Source: Clostridia bacterium (GTDB lineage: Bacteria > Bacillota > Clostridia > UMGS1883). Taken from it: a stretch of DNA of 64,000 nucleotides. The notes below the pieces were generated by a model. That model was not told where the DNA came from. It was given only the letters and a program-made list of their open reading frames with translations, and searched no databases. The DNA lies in NCBI GenBank assembly GCA_045591265.1, contig JAZNSQ010000019.1, forward strand, positions 16,067-80,066. Direction: 5' to 3'. The position numbers and the translations under genes were made by a program. Shown here one piece after another: positions 61,180 to 64,000 of the stretch. The first letter of the stretch is position 1, and the number at the start of each line of letters is the position of its first letter.

Positions 61180-62373
61180 ATGTATTTATCAAAAAAGTTT
61201 TCGTCAATTAATCCTTCAAGCACACTTGCCATTGACTCAAAATTCAAGGAAATGAAAGCCAATGGTATGGATGTTGTAGGATTTGGCGCGGGGGAGCCTG
61301 ATTTTGACACCCCCAAGCATATAAGAGATGCAGCAATTAAAGCTATAGAAGATGGCTTTACACGCTACACACCTGCATCAGGAACAGTTGAGCTTAAAAG
61401 CGCAATTGTGGAAAAATTTAAGCGTGATAACGGACTTTGCTATGAGAATGCAAATATCGTTGTTTCAAACGGCGCAAAGCATTCGCTTGTAAACGTGCTC
61501 GGCGCAATTCTTAATCCGGGGGATGAGGTTATTGTTCCGACTCCCTGCTGGGTAAGCTATGTTGAAATGATTAAGATTAATGACGGCGTGCCGGTACTTG
61601 TTAAGGCAGACGAAAGCGAGGGCTTTATCGTTTCTGCAGAGAAAATTGAAAAGGCAATTACTCCTAAAACACGTGCAGTTATTATAAACACACCTTCTAA
61701 CCCAACGGGTATGATTTATTCAGAGGAGGAGCTTCGTAAAATCGCCGATATCTGCGTTAAAAATAACATCTATGTTATTTCGGATGAGATTTATGAGCAT
61801 CTTATCTATGGCGACAAAAAGCACGTTTCAATCGCATCCTTTAATGAACAAATTAAAGACCTTACAATTATTGTAAACGGCGTAAGTAAAACATACGCTA
61901 TGACAGGGTGGAGAATTGGATACACTGCGTCAAATAAAACAATCGCAAAATTAATGGCAAATGTGCAGAGCCATTCTACAAGTAACCCTAACTCTATCGC
62001 GCAAAAGGCGGCAGTCGCTGCTCTTAACGGCTCTATGGATGAGGTAAAGGTAATGCGCGCCGAATTTGAAAAAAGAAGAAATTATATGGTTGAGCGCTTA
62101 AATAAGATTGATGGCGTTTCCGCTATTATGCCCCAAGGCGCGTTTTATGTTATGATGAACCTGTCAAAGCTTATCGGTAAGAGCTATGAGGGAACAGAGA
62201 TAAAAGGGTCAGACGATTTTGCAAATCTTTTCCTTGAAAAAGAGATGGTAGCAGTCGTTCCCTGCAGTGGCTTTGACAGTGACATTCACGTTCGCTGGAG
62301 CTATGCAACAAGCATGGAAAACATTAAAGAAGGTTTAGACAGACTCGAAAAGTTTGTAGCAAAACTTAAATAA
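61180..62373 (+). CDS. aspartate/aromatic aminotransferase (PLP-dependent, class I)
   Basis: SKTYAMTGWRIGY PLP-Lys motif, GAAIKAIEDGFTRYTPASG N-terminus. Confidence 0.85.
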   Translation: MYLSKKFSSINPSSTLAIDSKFKEMKANGMDVVGFGAGEPDFDTPKHIRDAAIKAIEDGFTRYTPASGTVELKSAIVEKFKRDNGLCYENANIVVSNGAKHSLVNVLGAILNPGDEVIVPTPCWVSYVEMIKINDGVPVLVKADESEGFIVSAEKIEKAITPKTRAVIINTPSNPTGMIYSEEELRKIADICVKNNIYVISDEIYEHLIYGDKKHVSIASFNEQIKDLTIIVNGVSKTYAMTGWRIGYTASNKTIAKLMANVQSHSTSNPNSIAQKAAVAALNGSMDEVKVMRAEFEKRRNYMVERLNKIDGVSAIMPQGAFYVMMNLSKLIGKSYEGTEIKGSDDFANLFLEKEMVAVVPCSGFDSDIHVRWSYATSMENIKEGLDRLEKFVAKLK

Positions 62374-62427
62374 TATATTAAATAAAAAATGCAAGCCGTA
62401 TGAGGTGTACTCTAAAGGACAGTAAGC

Positions 62428-62450
62428 GGAGCAGTGAAATTCACTGCTCC
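62428..62450. terminator. perfect 11-bp stem hairpin between aspAT and the transposase-like gene
   Basis: GGAGCAGTGAA-AT-TCACTGCTCC; overlaps the stop of the minus-strand gene. Confidence 0.6.
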
Positions 62451-62950
62451 GTTTCGCTATTATAAAAACAATCTAATTCCCATTTTAAAGGGTTAGTGTC
62501 TATGTATTTCCATATTTTCTGATAATCTTTTTCACCGCGAATTATGTGGTCGTGAAACGATTTCTGAAACAATCTCTTATTAAATGGTTTAAGAATACCT
62601 TTTTTAACACAGCGAATATATTCATTCGTAACCATTGTTTCAAACCATCGCATCACATCGTGTAGGGAACGACCTGCGTGTCGTTCCGTTATTGCGACAA
62701 TAATATGAATATGGTTAGGCATAATTACATATTTATCTATTTTTATGTTATCAAATTTGTTTTCTGTTTCTTTTAGCCATTTATGAATAATTCTGTTTTG
62801 TTCAGACGGAACGACACATAGGTCGTTCCCTACGTTTTCCATTTCAAATAACTGTTCTTTATTTTGCGTGCATATCGTAATAAAATATGCTCCCGGTGTG
62901 CTATAATCATATCCTTTTAATCTTGTTGGTTTTCGTCTTGGGACGTCCAT
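62441..62950 (-). CDS. HUH (Y1) transposase-like protein, IS200/IS605-RAYT superfamily
   Basis: GYDYSTPGAYFITICTQN N-terminal motif and HUH motif MPNHIHIIV. No IS terminal structures beyond the nearby hairpin, and no tnpB. Confidence 0.7.
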   Translation of the reverse strand: MDVPRRKPTRLKGYDYSTPGAYFITICTQNKEQLFEMENVGNDLCVVPSEQNRIIHKWLKETENKFDNIKIDKYVIMPNHIHIIVAITERHAGRSLHDVMRWFETMVTNEYIRCVKKGILKPFNKRLFQKSFHDHIIRGEKDYQKIWKYIDTNPLKWELDCFYNSETEQ

Positions 62951-62951
62951 A

Positions 62952-63182
62952 TTATTTTACTCCATAAAAGATTGAATCAAAATCTGTGCATAATATTTCT
63001 TTTATTAGCATAATTTCATCAGGATAAAGATGCCTTTGTCCTACCTCTATCTTTGCAATAGCACTTCGTGTTATATCACAACCTTTTAACTGTAATTTAG
63101 CTGAAAGTATATCTTGTGTCATTCCAACAGATTCTCTGATTTTTCTGATGTTATTACCTATTTCTTTTTCTATTATCTTATT
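62952..63182 (-). CDS. XRE-family HTH regulator, apparently co-transcribed with the Y1 transposase-like gene
   Basis: HTH IRESVGMTQDILSAKLQL. Its stop lies 1 nt before the downstream ATG. Confidence 0.7.
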   Translation of the reverse strand, partial: NKIIEKEIGNNIRKIRESVGMTQDILSAKLQLKGCDITRSAIAKIEVGQRHLYPDEIMLIKEILCTDFDSIFYGVK

Positions 63183-63300
63183 CATAAAATCAATCCTTTG
63201 CACTTAAATTAGAACAAACATCTTGACTTTATTATAGATTTAAATTATAATATCAATGCACTTGTATAGGTGCAATGATATTATATGGAGGTAAAACAAA

Positions 63301-64000
63301 ATGAAAAGGAGATTACAAGGATTAATTGCAGGCATGCTGATTGGTGCAATGCTGACAGGAGGGATTGCTATAGCAGCAAATACAACTACACTTTACAACG
63401 TACTTGCTAACGGAATTAAAATTGTTGTTGACGGGCAAAAGCTCAATCCAACTGATGCGAGTGGCAACAAGGTTGAGCCGATTATTTACAATGGAACTAC
63501 ATATTTACCCGTAAGAGCAGTTGCCAATGCACTTGGCAAAGCTGTATACTGGGATGGGCCCAATTATACTGTTTATCTTGGGAATATGAATGGTAAATTG
63601 GAATACCCGACCGTTGAACTTGAAGATCTAAAAAGTATAAACCATGTAGCAAAATCCACTAAAAGATTAACTGATAACTACGGAAATAAATACGGAAGGG
63701 CAATATACAATGCGCCAAATAATTATCAATTTCAATATTTACTTAATATGAAATACAGCCGATTTAAAGCAACCCTATATGTTCCCGAAGGCGAAACAGA
63801 CGAAAATGTTCGTTACTTGACAATTGTTGCTGACGGAAAAACAATATATACATCTCCCGAAATGACCAGAGCATCTGCCCCGGTAAAAATTGATGTAAAT
63901 GTTACAGGGTATAATGATGTTAGAATAGAATTCAATGATGATAATACAAATTTAGCAAGCTTTCATAAGTTGGAAGTTTGTCTTGGAGATGCAGGTTTTT
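63301..64000 (+). CDS. secreted protein, 3'-truncated by the window edge: copper-amine-oxidase N-terminal-like (stalk) domain followed by an NPCBM/F5/8-like carbohydrate-binding domain
   Basis: Signal/TM MKRRLQGLIAGMLIGAMLTGGIAIAA; stalk motif YNGTTYLPVRAVANALG. The frame stays open to the end of the window. Confidence 0.6.
   Translation, partial: MKRRLQGLIAGMLIGAMLTGGIAIAANTTTLYNVLANGIKIVVDGQKLNPTDASGNKVEPIIYNGTTYLPVRAVANALGKAVYWDGPNYTVYLGNMNGKLEYPTVELEDLKSINHVAKSTKRLTDNYGNKYGRAIYNAPNNYQFQYLLNMKYSRFKATLYVPEGETDENVRYLTIVADGKTIYTSPEMTRASAPVKIDVNVTGYNDVRIEFNDDNTNLASFHKLEVCLGDAGF

Overview
This is a 64-kb chromosomal segment from a low-GC, spore-forming Firmicute (class Clostridia). The taxon call rests on spoIIGA-sigE, cotJABC, sigH, the secG-rnr-smpB-ssrA order and AT-rich codon usage. 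Most of the window is core housekeeping. It contains a pair of ABC half-transporter/exporter genes (both proteins carry N-terminal cytoplasmic extensions) flanking a small protein, then degV, a methyltransferase, ecfA1-ecfA2-ecfT-truA, cvpA, a complete F1Fo ATP synthase operon atpIBEFHAGDC and mscL. Further on are sigH, ftsK, uppP, serS-cysE, a pdxK/HAD/rseC-like/recN/argR/nadK block, two LysM L,D-transpeptidases and cotJABC. The right-hand third holds a GH3 hydrolase, an ABC-F ATPase, dagK, the tmRNA/smpB/rnr/secG block, creatininase, tRNA-Glu and tRNA-Met(CAT), tspO, sigE-spoIIGA, and a tmk-tsaC-(ywlE::rimI)-tsaD t6A cluster with pepP and two aminotransferases. Four accessory or anomalous loci stand out. 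(1) A ~4.5-kb insertion at the 3' end of cotJC carries an XRE regulator and a 1328-aa secreted LRR/CARDB-like surface protein, and is bounded by a duplicated ~75-bp cotJC terminus. (2) A decayed islet at the 3' end of ssrA carries a partial tmRNA-end copy, small XRE/RHH/hypothetical genes and twin hairpins. (3) An 847-bp transposase-less element bounded by 21-bp inverted repeats and TTGG duplications carries a Zn-ribbon membrane protein and an RHH regulator. (4) It is inserted into a 182-bp tandem repeat that starts with the last 11 nt of the adjacent tRNA-Met. The c-subunit of the ATP synthase carries a Na+-type two-carboxylate ion-binding signature, and epsilon lacks its C-terminal helical domain. 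The last 1.5 kb encodes an XRE regulator and an HUH (Y1) transposase-like protein in an apparent operon. No CRISPR arrays or rRNA genes are present.
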